A stretch of DNA of 61,766 nt, from positions 1 through 61,766 of the forward strand of contig CALXUO010000005.1 in the NCBI GenBank assembly GCA_944391695.1, in the 5' to 3' direction. Of the stretch, positions 9,623-20,400 are shown one piece after another (within the stretch, counting starts at the first letter, position 1; each line of letters opens with the position of its first letter). Position numbers and translations under genes: made by a program. The notes below the pieces were generated by a model. The model did no database searches. It was not told the DNA's origin and saw nothing but the letters and a program-made list of their open reading frames with translations. The DNA comes from an uncultured Alphaproteobacteria bacterium (GTDB taxonomy: Bacteria > Pseudomonadota > Alphaproteobacteria > RF32 > CAG-239).

Positions 9623-10441
9623 TTAAAAATGATATCTTACACCTACGTTAATTTCGTTGATATGCTTCATAAAATCGCCGCCGATTTGACTCCAACGCCC
9701 CATTACTCTAAGAGCAAGGTGTTTACTCATCCAAATTTGAAAGCCTGCACCGATACGATAAGCCCAAGCCGAATCTTCAAAGCTTGTGCTTGTTGTACGG
9801 ATAGGATTGAAAGAAATCGAATTCTCGTAAGCGTTTACTTTTATTTTGGCTTTGGCGTCATATTTGCCCACACCAATTGAGGCAATAAATTCTATATAAT
9901 CATTTATCGGCACATAGCCCAGCAAATCCAAACCATATACCTTGTAGGAAACCGAATATTCGCCGCGGGCAAATTCCGGATAATGAGTGTAGCTCTCGGT
10001 ATGGGTGACTTTGTTGTCATCTAAAGATGCCGAATAAAAGGCCTCCAATCCCACATATCTTAAAGGCCGCCAACCAATATTAAAAGATATAGAATTAAAA
10101 CTGCGATCAAAATCTCCGGTATCAGAGACATATGGCTCGCCGCCAGTTAGAGCCGAATCCACAACGAAATCAACCGTTTCGTATGAGGCATAGCCAAAAA
10201 CATAGTCAGCTCCTACCGATATCTGGCCTGTTTCTCGCTGTTTTTGCTTAGATACTGTATGCGGTGCATAATATGTAGTGTTGGAAAATCTATTCCCTTG
10301 AGTTGGCCGGTATGTCATCCCGGAATAGCCGGTGTTATAGCCGCCGTAATTGTAATAATCTCCGTTATAATACTGCGCTTTGACCGTCGTAGTAATACAA
10401 AACGCAACCATCGACAATGTTATTACAAAAAGCTTTCTCAT
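9623..10441 (-). CDS. Outer-membrane beta-barrel (porin/OmpA-like barrel family) protein
   Basis: Signal peptide, amphipathic strands (GLDLLGYVP, YRIGAGFQ) and C-terminal VGVRYHF. Confidence 0.82.
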   Translation of the reverse strand: MRKLFVITLSMVAFCITTTVKAQYYNGDYYNYGGYNTGYSGMTYRPTQGNRFSNTTYYAPHTVSKQKQRETGQISVGADYVFGYASYETVDFVVDSALTGGEPYVSDTGDFDRSFNSISFNIGWRPLRYVGLEAFYSASLDDNKVTHTESYTHYPEFARGEYSVSYKVYGLDLLGYVPINDYIEFIASIGVGKYDAKAKIKVNAYENSISFNPIRTTSTSFEDSAWAYRIGAGFQIWMSKHLALRVMGRWSQIGGDFMKHINEINVGVRYHF

Positions 10442-10466
10442 TTTATAAATTCCTACTGATCAGTCA

Positions 10467-11339
10467 TTAAAACAGAAAACGTATTCCTACTGAAAATTCT
10501 TGGAGATAATCCACCGCATCTGTGTTGAGTTTAATAAACCTGTACATACTCCGCAGCACAATTCCTCTTGCTATGTTGAATTGAATACCTCCGCCAACAC
10601 GCCAAGCCAAAGAATCCTCACTGTAATCTTGGCTAAATTTATCAACCGGAGTGCTATCAAGATAGTTTACAACAAATGAAGCATTGTTATCAAAATAATA
10701 TTTGCCCACACCGACAAATGCTATAAAATCGAAATAATCCGTAACCGGAAGGTACCCTAGCAAATCGACACCAAACGCCTGATATTCACTAGTGAATTCT
10801 TCTACTGCATGGTAATTCTCCGCCCCTACGGAGACATTATTTATCCGCGTAATTTTGTTTTTATTGTATGATCGGCTATAAAAGGCCTCAATTCCAAAAT
10901 TTTTGTTCGGCCGTGTACCTATAACAATACTTATGTTGTCTTGGTCGTCAATAACTTGGTTTGCTGGTATGTCTATGCCACTAACCGGAGAAAATATAAG
11001 ATGATCAAAGTTTATGGTGTCATCGGTCTGGCTTACATGTGATTTGTTATAGTCAAATCCAACATAATATTTAAAATTTCCGGCTTTGTTCCACGCTTGC
11101 TTAGTCTTTAGCTGAAGCTTTCGGACATCTTTTTCCAAAGATGCGCCATATCCGTCATACATCGAATCGCATGGGCACATAACCGTCTTGCCCAAAACAA
11201 CCGAGCCTTTATCATCATAGCGTTCTTCCGGATTACATGGACACCAATCAACATCGTACAAGTCACCGTACTCGACAGCCGTGGCTACTTTAATCCAGTA
11301 CAAACACAATAACATCACCAATATGGCAAGTTTTTGCAT
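10467..11339 (-). CDS. Outer-membrane beta-barrel protein, paralogue of the neighbour
   Basis: Signal peptide; GIEAFYS, GVDLLGYLP and WRVGGGIQF match the neighbouring gene; C-terminal VGIRFLF. Confidence 0.82.
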   Translation of the reverse strand: MQKLAILVMLLCLYWIKVATAVEYGDLYDVDWCPCNPEERYDDKGSVVLGKTVMCPCDSMYDGYGASLEKDVRKLQLKTKQAWNKAGNFKYYVGFDYNKSHVSQTDDTINFDHLIFSPVSGIDIPANQVIDDQDNISIVIGTRPNKNFGIEAFYSRSYNKNKITRINNVSVGAENYHAVEEFTSEYQAFGVDLLGYLPVTDYFDFIAFVGVGKYYFDNNASFVVNYLDSTPVDKFSQDYSEDSLAWRVGGGIQFNIARGIVLRSMYRFIKLNTDAVDYLQEFSVGIRFLF

Positions 11340-11548
11340 TAAAATACCCTTAAAATTTACACATATAACTGCTTATAAATTAAATTACACAAGATAAAAG
11401 TACAAGCAGGGCTTAAATTTATGCACACATTTTTGTTACATAAATGTTAAAGCTCATTTTTTGACAAAATTTTGACAATACTTTAATTGATGTTTAATCT
11501 TTTTTGTGATATATTAATATTAAAGTATATGAATTAAGGAGATTTTCC

Positions 11549-14365
11549 ATGGCTTTTGACTTTAGTTCGTATGAGCAATTGCTTAATGAGGACACAACCT
11601 CGCCTGAAAGCATCAATGAAATGATTAAAGAGCTTGATACTTTAGATGTAGGGCTTGCTTATGACGATTTGGTAAAACTAAGAAGCTTAAAAGAACGGGC
11701 CTCAGAAAAATTGAACGCTAAACCTCAATCTTCGCCACAAAGAAATAATAATGAAAATATTGCCCCTAATGCAAATATAAGGGTTGAAGACGGCCCGAGC
11801 TTATTAGACAGCAAACAAAACAATCAAGAGCGACGCGAAATGGTGGGTAAAGAATTTAGAGATGGAGTTTTTACCTCTCAGGCTCATAGAGATTTTTATA
11901 TTGAGCAGTTGCTTAAAGGCGAAATTGAGATACCTTCATCAGAAGAAAATCGCGCCAAACTGGATGCATTGACCGGAGGGAGCGAAGGAATTAGCTCTTT
12001 GCAAGAAAAATTAGCCCTTGAAACCGTGCAAAAATATGCTCTAAATTATACAGAAAATACAACTTATGGGGCCGCGAAAGAAAAAGTTATTGATGATAAA
12101 CAAAGTAAAAAACTTAATGATTTGGGCCTTAAGGATGCTCTTAATAACTACCTTAAAGTGTCTAAAAAAGATGAAACTGCTTTTATTTTGCGAGAAGCAC
12201 AAAAAGCCGTTATTGACTGCCAAATAGGCGGAGAAAAACCTTATAAAGAATATGTTGATAAACTTACAACTCTCAGAGATAACACCTCAAAGTGGCGCTT
12301 TATTCGCCGAAGAAAACTTAATAAAGTTATTAAAGACTTGGATCCGGTCGCTTATTGGAAAAATAAAAGAGATCAATATTTGGAGCCGACATCTTTATCC
12401 AGAGCGGATGATTTAATGGCTCAGAATCGTTATATCAAAAAAGCCGATAAGGCCGATAAAGACAAACAATTTGATAAAATTGCTTCCAAGCTTGAGGATG
12501 CAATCGAAATAAGGCGCAAAGATGCCTCTATGAAATGGTTTAGCAAAAATTTTGGCGCTAAAATTAAATTAAAAACTAAAATTTTGTTCAACAAATCGCC
12601 AAAACGTTTGACCAAAAAATTGCTTAAGGTCGGAACAATCAAAAAACTTAATGATTATGTCGGAAAACTTGACACCGATATTACAGCAGCAAAACAAGAA
12701 GAATTTGCAGATCGGCATATGATTAAAGCCAAAAATTTGAAGCTTAATTTGTTGAACACTTTAAAATCAAGCTGCCAAGCGCAAAGTTCCAACCTGGAAG
12801 GCCAAAGAAAATCGGTAATTGAAGCCTTGGGTAATGATGATATTGCTACTGCTGAAAAAACTTTTGATAATTTTATGCAAAATTTGCAAAAACGCGTAAA
12901 TGTTGTTAATGAACAATATGAAGAAAGTTTGCAATCATCTCAGCAGGTTAAACTTTATAAAAAGCTTCATGGTGAATTGCCCAAAAATGGTAAGGTAAAT
13001 CAGGAAATTATTACTACCAGTACTGTCTTGCAACAATTGTGCCAAGAGATGGGGTATCATGATATTGAATCCCTGCTCAGAGCAAACAACGTGCCTGAAA
13101 AAGAAATTGCCGCTATCAAAGAGAAACTGGAACCTAAAAAACAAGAAAGACCTGAAAAGCTATCAGAGCCTATTAATGAAGTTAAAGAAGATACCCCGAT
13201 TAATGAAGTTAGAGAAAAAACACCTGTTAATGAACAGCAAGCTGCTACATTGGGAAAAGATGCTAACATCAGAGGAGAAAATGCCGATTTGGCTTTGGAG
13301 GGGTATACCAAAGATGAAAATGCTTATGTTAATGATGACACCAAAGATACAGTTTTATTCAATATTGCCGAAGATAACTCCCGTTATGATTTGATTACCA
13401 AAGATAAAGACGGTAATGATCGTGAACCTACGGAAGCTGAAGTTAAGGCCATGGTTCAACAAATGGCTAAAGATGGTATTAAAGAAATTACGCTTGAACC
13501 AGGTTTTGCTCCGGAAACTGAAGCTTTGTTTGTAAAAACTTTAGAAGAAAATAACATTGCAATAACCAACAAAGAAGAAGTTGAGCAACGACAAGCAGAA
13601 GCTGACAAACTGAATATTGTGCAAAATGAGGATGAGGGCAAGCCTAAAGATGAGACCAAACCGGTTGTGCAAAACGAGGCTACTGATAAAACAGAAGAAA
13701 AACCAAACAGACGGAAAAATACTAGACAGAAACCTGAGCAAGTTATCAAGTTAGAAAGAGGAGAAATTGATTATAAGACCGTGTTTACCGCCGCAATCAA
13801 TTCAGCCAAAACTGCTGAGGAGCAAATTGATAAAATTAAATTGATTGATCGGATACAAAAAGGTGAAAAACTGAGTTCAGAAGAAATTAACCGATCTCTC
13901 GGTAAGGGGACTCAACAAGCAGAGTTTTTCCTTAATTTGTCTGCTGTAAGAGATTATGAAAAAGATCCCGACTATAAAAAAGATAAAGATTTGAGACAAT
14001 GGGTTGAAGATGAAAAAGCGGCGGCCGGAATTGTTGGTGGGAGTGTAGAGAAGTTGTCAGTTAAACTTTCAACAATAACTGATTTGGCTCAAGGTCATAA
14101 GACCTTGGGGGATCTTGAAAAAGATAATGCTTATAGAAACCTGCCCAAATATGCTCAACAAGCAGCCAAAAATTTGGTGAACCTTAATAATAATGAAGAT
14201 CTTTCCCCTAAGCAAAAAACTGTGTTGCAAGGGCAGATTTTAAACCGCGTAATTGAGGGAAAAGAGCAGTACAAAAAGCATACTGAGATGGTTTTGAAAA
14301 CTAAGGACAAAGGCAAATCCAAGGATGCTCCCAAAATTTCTCAAAAAGATAATGGACGTTCTTAA
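11549..14365 (+). CDS. Large hydrophilic hypothetical protein (938 aa, Lys/Glu-rich)
   Basis: Long ORF with AAGGAG Shine-Dalgarno and a downstream terminator; no signal peptide, TM segment or recognisable domain. Confidence 0.85.
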   Translation: MAFDFSSYEQLLNEDTTSPESINEMIKELDTLDVGLAYDDLVKLRSLKERASEKLNAKPQSSPQRNNNENIAPNANIRVEDGPSLLDSKQNNQERREMVGKEFRDGVFTSQAHRDFYIEQLLKGEIEIPSSEENRAKLDALTGGSEGISSLQEKLALETVQKYALNYTENTTYGAAKEKVIDDKQSKKLNDLGLKDALNNYLKVSKKDETAFILREAQKAVIDCQIGGEKPYKEYVDKLTTLRDNTSKWRFIRRRKLNKVIKDLDPVAYWKNKRDQYLEPTSLSRADDLMAQNRYIKKADKADKDKQFDKIASKLEDAIEIRRKDASMKWFSKNFGAKIKLKTKILFNKSPKRLTKKLLKVGTIKKLNDYVGKLDTDITAAKQEEFADRHMIKAKNLKLNLLNTLKSSCQAQSSNLEGQRKSVIEALGNDDIATAEKTFDNFMQNLQKRVNVVNEQYEESLQSSQQVKLYKKLHGELPKNGKVNQEIITTSTVLQQLCQEMGYHDIESLLRANNVPEKEIAAIKEKLEPKKQERPEKLSEPINEVKEDTPINEVREKTPVNEQQAATLGKDANIRGENADLALEGYTKDENAYVNDDTKDTVLFNIAEDNSRYDLITKDKDGNDREPTEAEVKAMVQQMAKDGIKEITLEPGFAPETEALFVKTLEENNIAITNKEEVEQRQAEADKLNIVQNEDEGKPKDETKPVVQNEATDKTEEKPNRRKNTRQKPEQVIKLERGEIDYKTVFTAAINSAKTAEEQIDKIKLIDRIQKGEKLSSEEINRSLGKGTQQAEFFLNLSAVRDYEKDPDYKKDKDLRQWVEDEKAAAGIVGGSVEKLSVKLSTITDLAQGHKTLGDLEKDNAYRNLPKYAQQAAKNLVNLNNNEDLSPKQKTVLQGQILNRVIEGKEQYKKHTEMVLKTKDKGKSKDAPKISQKDNGRS
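13169..13234 (+). repeat. 27-bp in-frame tandem repeat, about 2.5 copies
   Basis: Encodes PINEVKEDT-PINEVREKT-PVNE; copies start at 13169, 13196 and 13223. Confidence 0.75.
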
Positions 14366-14373
14366 TATAATCA

Positions 14374-14410
14374 AAAAAATCCCCTAAAAATAATTTTTAG
14401 GGGATTTTTT
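14374..14410. terminator. Bidirectional intrinsic terminator
   Basis: Perfect 17-bp inverted repeat AAAAAATCCCCTAAAAA-TAA-TTTTTAGGGGATTTTTT between convergent genes. Confidence 0.9.
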
Positions 14411-14443
14411 CATATGGCTTCAACATCTTATGGCCAATAACAC

Positions 14444-17400
14444 CTACGGTGTTGCCTCTTTGCATATATCTTTATGCGGATGTTTGTTGCTAGTACCATT
14501 AGTTATATCTGTACAAAAGGCCTCGTCCTCCGATATATCTTCATTGGGGTCTTTACCTTCGGCAGAACAATAGCTTGCCTGATCTTTTGCCTGAGTGTTT
14601 ATATCCGTATCATAAATATCGGGATTGCAGGCGCATATCTCTTTATGCGGATAATTAATCCACTGATTATTAACCTTGGCCGAACAGAAAGGATCTTCGC
14701 TTAGATTGGTGTTTGCTACCATTCCTTCAAATGTATTACAATATGCGGCTTGATCTTGCGTCTGTGTAGTTATGCCTGTGTCATAAATCCTTGTATCACA
14801 TAGACATAACTCACGATGTGGATAGTTCCTGGATACACCGTCTATAATATCGGTACAAAAAGCTTCATCTTTTAGATCTGTATTGACATCTTGCCCCATA
14901 TTCTCACAATAAGTGTATTCATTGGTAGTGTCCGATGTAGTTTCCGTATCATAGGTTTTGGAATCGCAGACACATACCTCTTTATGCGGACGAATTGTTG
15001 ATGAGTTTCCATTTTTCTCAATACAAAAGGCTTTTTCCGTTAAACTGGTATTAGCCTTTTTGCCAAGTTTTTCACAATATTGGGTTTGGTCACTTGTAGA
15101 TGATGATAGGTTAATCTCATAAACATCTTTACAAATACATTTCTTGTATTTAGTTACTCCATTATCTGAGCAAGAGTCTGAATTATATGCGTATGTGTCA
15201 TCATCACAGGTTAGAGAATACGAGCTATCACACGAACAACCACTATATAATGTTGCTCCTGATACAACAGTGCCATCGGCCGATACACTCTTAGATTGAC
15301 AAGAATCTCCTGATGTTTGTTGTCCTGCTCCGCATGATTTATAACCTGATGAGCATACACATTGTGAATATAAAGTCTTTCCTTCAATGGTGCATGACGG
15401 TACACCATTCTGGTCATATTTAGACTCTGCGCATTCCAACTTATATTCTAAGCCACAACTGCAGCTTCTGTAGAGCGCTTCGTTGGTAGGTCTGGTTTCA
15501 CCCGGGACCGTCCCTTTGATTGTGCAATAATTAAGCTCGCTTTCTATAACAGCTCCTTGGTCTTCACAATCACTGTATGTATAGGTGTAATCAGCTGCGC
15601 ACCCGCATCCCTTATAAAGTTTGGACGAACCAAGCAGGCAGTAGTCTTTGGCATAATCCTCCGGTACAACCTCTCCGGTTCCGTTTGGACAGGCATATTT
15701 ATACTCGCTGCCGCATTCACATGCCGTATAATATCTGACTTTCTTTTCTTGGGTTGTAACACTACCATCATCTCCTGTAGATGTAACCGTTTCAAAAATC
15801 TCGCAATAATCCTGTTCATTGGCCGGCTTAATACCTTTGTTGCCGCTATCTTCCGCCTCACAGGTATATTTGTATATTGATTGATCGCATTCACATGACG
15901 CATAAACAGGATTGCCTAAACTTCCGTCTTCTAGTACCGGAATACATTTCTGCCCCTTGGAAGTATTGGTTCCGGCACAGCCGACATAAGAGCTCGGACA
16001 CGGACACGATTTATATAAACGATTGCCATTGGCGTCTATACAGGCATCTCCTAAGTATTCAGGATCATATCCCATACATGAATACTTGAATCCGGTTTCA
16101 TAACAGTTGTTGCTGTCAATACAAGTTGCATATTTGGTTACTCCCAAACTGTCATCATCGGAGGAAATGCATCTTCCGCCTTCACCGGTTTGAGCTTCGG
16201 TACAAATCTTATAACTTATTTCTTGATAGGGTGAGCAGGTCTCAATTCCTGAACAAGTGCTGTAATGGGTGGTCGTATTGCCGGATGAATCTTTTTGAGT
16301 ACACTTTTCCCCACTTAAATTTTCGCTTTCGCAGGTTTCAGACGTATACCAGTTGTTGGGACATTTACATAAATACTTGATACTCTGTTTGCCCTCTTCA
16401 TCTGTATAAACACATGGCGAATAACTTACTTGGTTGGTATCACATGCGGTAACATGACCTTCGCTACACTGACTATCAGGTTTTATGCACTGTTTATAAT
16501 ATTTAACCCCATTTAATTCACAGTAATTGCCGACACCAACCTCTCCATCTTCACAGACCTCGGTATAACCATTGGCGCAGGCACATCTCTCATAATAGGT
16601 TATATCATCGCGAATACACGGGTTAATACCTATTTGCAATGGACCATTACAGGTTTCCGTTATAATTGTTGAACAGGTGTCTTTGTCAGTACAACTTTCA
16701 TAATATGAAACTCCTTTAAGATTGCACGGCTCTCCTTCCCCGACTTGATTTGACGGACAAACTTTGTAACCAGCCGGACAACTACATGATTTGTATCCTC
16801 CGATATTGCCTTGATTATCCTGGCACGCCTGACCAACCGGAATTAACGGCGATTCACACATCTCCGTATATTCCCACGTACATTCTATTACGGAACATTG
16901 ATAATATTTCTGTCCGCAACCATTATCTTTCCATACACCTGTCGGCTTCTTGCCACCTGGACATCCATAGTAATTATCTGTCCAATTTTCAGGTAGGGCA
17001 TCAGGTATGCATTCACATGCTTTGTATTTACCATTGCATTCGGTGCCGACACCTTTATACCTTCCGCTGCCATCCTCATCGCATACTTCAGTATATTCGG
17101 CCGAACACTCGCAATAAGGATAGAACGGTAATGTTTCTCCCAAGGTTGAGGCCGGCAAAGTATCATCAGAATCAAGCATACTTTGTGTTACTTCTTGCTT
17201 GCACGGATTGCCTGATAATAAACCACCGCAATTATACTTGTGGTGCTGATAGGCTTTGGCACATCTGCATTCACGCCAGAATTTCTTGCCGTTTACAATT
17301 ATATGATCTCCGGTTAAGTCATTGCGAACACCGCAGTTTGATGTTGTATACTTAAATTTGGAGGCATCATAATAGCAATTATATGCCCTCTTATAGTCCT

Positions 17401-20400
17401 TGTCAGCCCCATATTCACATAACTGTACAGATGCTCCTGAACCATACTTTGATGCACATTCGCTCTCTGAGGATACCGTAAAGATTGTATACGGAGATGA
17501 TACTTGTTTCCCGTTTTCTATTACACTCTTTTCACACTCACCAAGCGTCTTTACTACATTGCACGAACCACTCTTATAATGCTCTTTGCCGTCTTTCATC
17601 AAAGTGTTTCCGTCACCATAGCGGCACCATGCACTATTGGCTGATGGTTCATAAGGATATTCACATCTATCTTTGTAAACTGATGTATCACAACTTACTT
17701 CCCACTTTTCAACTCCTTCGTCATCCGTACATTTTATCATGGATGCGCCAACCCCGTAACGCCCCTGAATATTGGCTTTGTCTTGATCATAATTGCCACT
17801 GGAAGCTTCGATGGCTACGGTTGAACTCTCATCCTTGCATTGTGCCGGTGCACACTCGCTGTAATATGTAATGCCGTTGGCTTTACAGGTTTGAGCATTC
17901 TTTGCCGGTATTTGATTATCCTCGGCTGAACATTCAGTGAACGATTTTGGACAATAGCAAGGATACATCTTCAAATTGTTGCGAGAACAATATATCTTTG
18001 ACGTTCCGCCAAAAACAGCACCTTTTCCTAACTCGTTTTGACAGGTAATTGTCGTTGGAACGGATATTGAAGAATCAAGATACTTATAAGCTCCGTCTAT
18101 TGCCTTGGCATTCAAAAGCGAGGCGCAACTATCAGCGCATTCTCCATATTTTATCTTGTTGTTGCCATCTAGATTGCACATAGAACCTGTCGGCTCTTGC
18201 TCTATCGTAACACCATCAACTTCTATCGGGGAACAACTGTCAAACCAACTATCTTCCGAACATTTGCATACAACCTTTTCTACTTTCTCTTCATCTACAC
18301 AACTATATTCATATTCGCCCCCCATATAGGTGCAATCATCCTCACTTTGGTACAAAGGACGGTCTTGCGGACAGAAAACAACATAATTGGCATATTTGGT
18401 TAATACAGAACTTGGAGAGGTATTATCATTAACATCTCGTGTACAGCTAGTCCCGCTTCCGGAATATTCTTTTTTACAAGATGCTTCGTCTGGATGGTTC
18501 TCCTGACACCAATCTTCTATTGTCTTAAATTTTTCCGGACAACCACAGATATATTCAAAACTACCGTCTGTTTTTATGCACATCTCCGGACTGTCAAATC
18601 CTCCGCGAATTGTTGAAGTGTAGCCTTCATATAATTCAAGACATCCGGAATTTGTGGCTGATGAAACCGAAGCATAAGGGGTTCCGCATTTTAAATAACA
18701 ATCTGAATATTTATCAACGCTGTTTCCTAAAGCATCTACATCAAATTGGCATTTCTTGCCACCTCTTCCATAATTTTCATTTTCACATGATATACCATAA
18801 TTATCCGGACATTTACATATGTAAGAAACTATTGGATCACTAGTTTCAACCGTGGATTTATCATAGCAGGATATGTATACCGGTGAACTCTCTCCTTCCA
18901 ATAAACACTCATTGACAGTCGGTTTTACTACACCTTTATCCGGACAAGCCAATACAAATTTGGTATATTTATAGTCATCGGCAGAACCATCGGAATCTAA
19001 AGTGCATGGAGTTCCAAAACCAACATAATCTTTCATGCAGTTATAACCTGATTCTATTTTGTCTTGATTGGCGGCACACCAATCTTCTTTGGTTTGATAT
19101 TCCGAGGCACAGGCTATGTCAGCATAATACACAATATCTCCAGTATTGCTTGGAGCATTTTTACTATATGTCATCATCATCGCCCGAGTGGCCCTAAGCG
19201 GTGTGGTACGACATTCTTTACCAACTCCTACTGCTTGTAATAAACAGTTTTCGCTTGAATCTTCTAGAGAACACCAATCCTCTATTGTCTTTAATTCGCT
19301 GCCGCAAGAACATCCCATATATGCCTTGGAATCCGCGGATCCGTTAGGATAATAGCACTCCGTAGGAGTTCCGTTAGGACACAAATTCTGAGCGATATCA
19401 GCATTGTCCGTTAAAAAGTTTTCGCAATATTTGCAGATATTTACAATCTTGGTAGCATAGGTGTTGGTGTCAATTATACGGCATCTATCAGCTACCGGAG
19501 AAGCTTGGTTAGAATATTTGTTTGAGTAGTCTTTGCATCTGCCGGAATCTGATGTTTCAACCGAATATTTCCAATTTGTAATTTCATCGCAAACTGCTAT
19601 GTCTGATGAAAATTCCGTGTATTTTACCAATGTGTTGCCTTCTGTATCTTTATCAAGCTTACATTCCGTTGCCTCAATACCATAATATTTATCAAGACAT
19701 GTACTGTCATTGCCGTGGTTTGATGCACACCATTCTTTGAGCGTTTGTGCATCTTTCGAGCAAGAGCATTTATAGACAACCTTGTCGCTTCCGCTTATGG
19801 CCGGAATGGAGCAAGACGTCATTTCCCCGTTGGATGCACTGCATGAAGTTGGGCGATCGGATGAATAATTTTGACAGTAAAATCCTACATATTTTATTAC
19901 CCCGTCATCCTTGCAAGCATACGGAAAGTCACTACTGTAGGTCGAGCTTAAATCTGTACTGAACCAACCTTCATCCTTCTTTTCGGCTATAAGCTCTTTA
20001 CAATCTTTAACATTTTTCATATCACAGGTGAAACCTAAGCAATATGCACTTCCACAATTGACATAGCAAGGAATGGCAGCTTCTGTTCCGTCAACCCCGC
20101 ATGAAGAAAAATAAGATGTTTGATAATCAACCGGACATGCTGTAAAATATGAAATGTCATAGACTAGACAATATGGAGTCTCAGGATCCCCTTCTTTCTT
20201 GGAGCAGCTTTGTCTTGAAACACCTCCGTATCCAGCCGCTTGCGATTTACCACAATTGGTCGATGATGATATTTTGCTTAAATAGCTTTCCGAGGTAATA
20301 CCTTGTGTCTTGCAAAGATTGGGATTGTCTTTAGACCATATACCCTTAACACCGTTTCTGTACCCATCGCAATATTCCATATTGCTGACGTCTATCGTAT

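Noticed and set aside
11483-11497. TTAA-N7-TTAA resembling a CtrA box upstream of the 938-aa gene
   Set aside because: This pattern is expected by chance in very AT-rich intergenic DNA, and it lacks the final C of the consensus.
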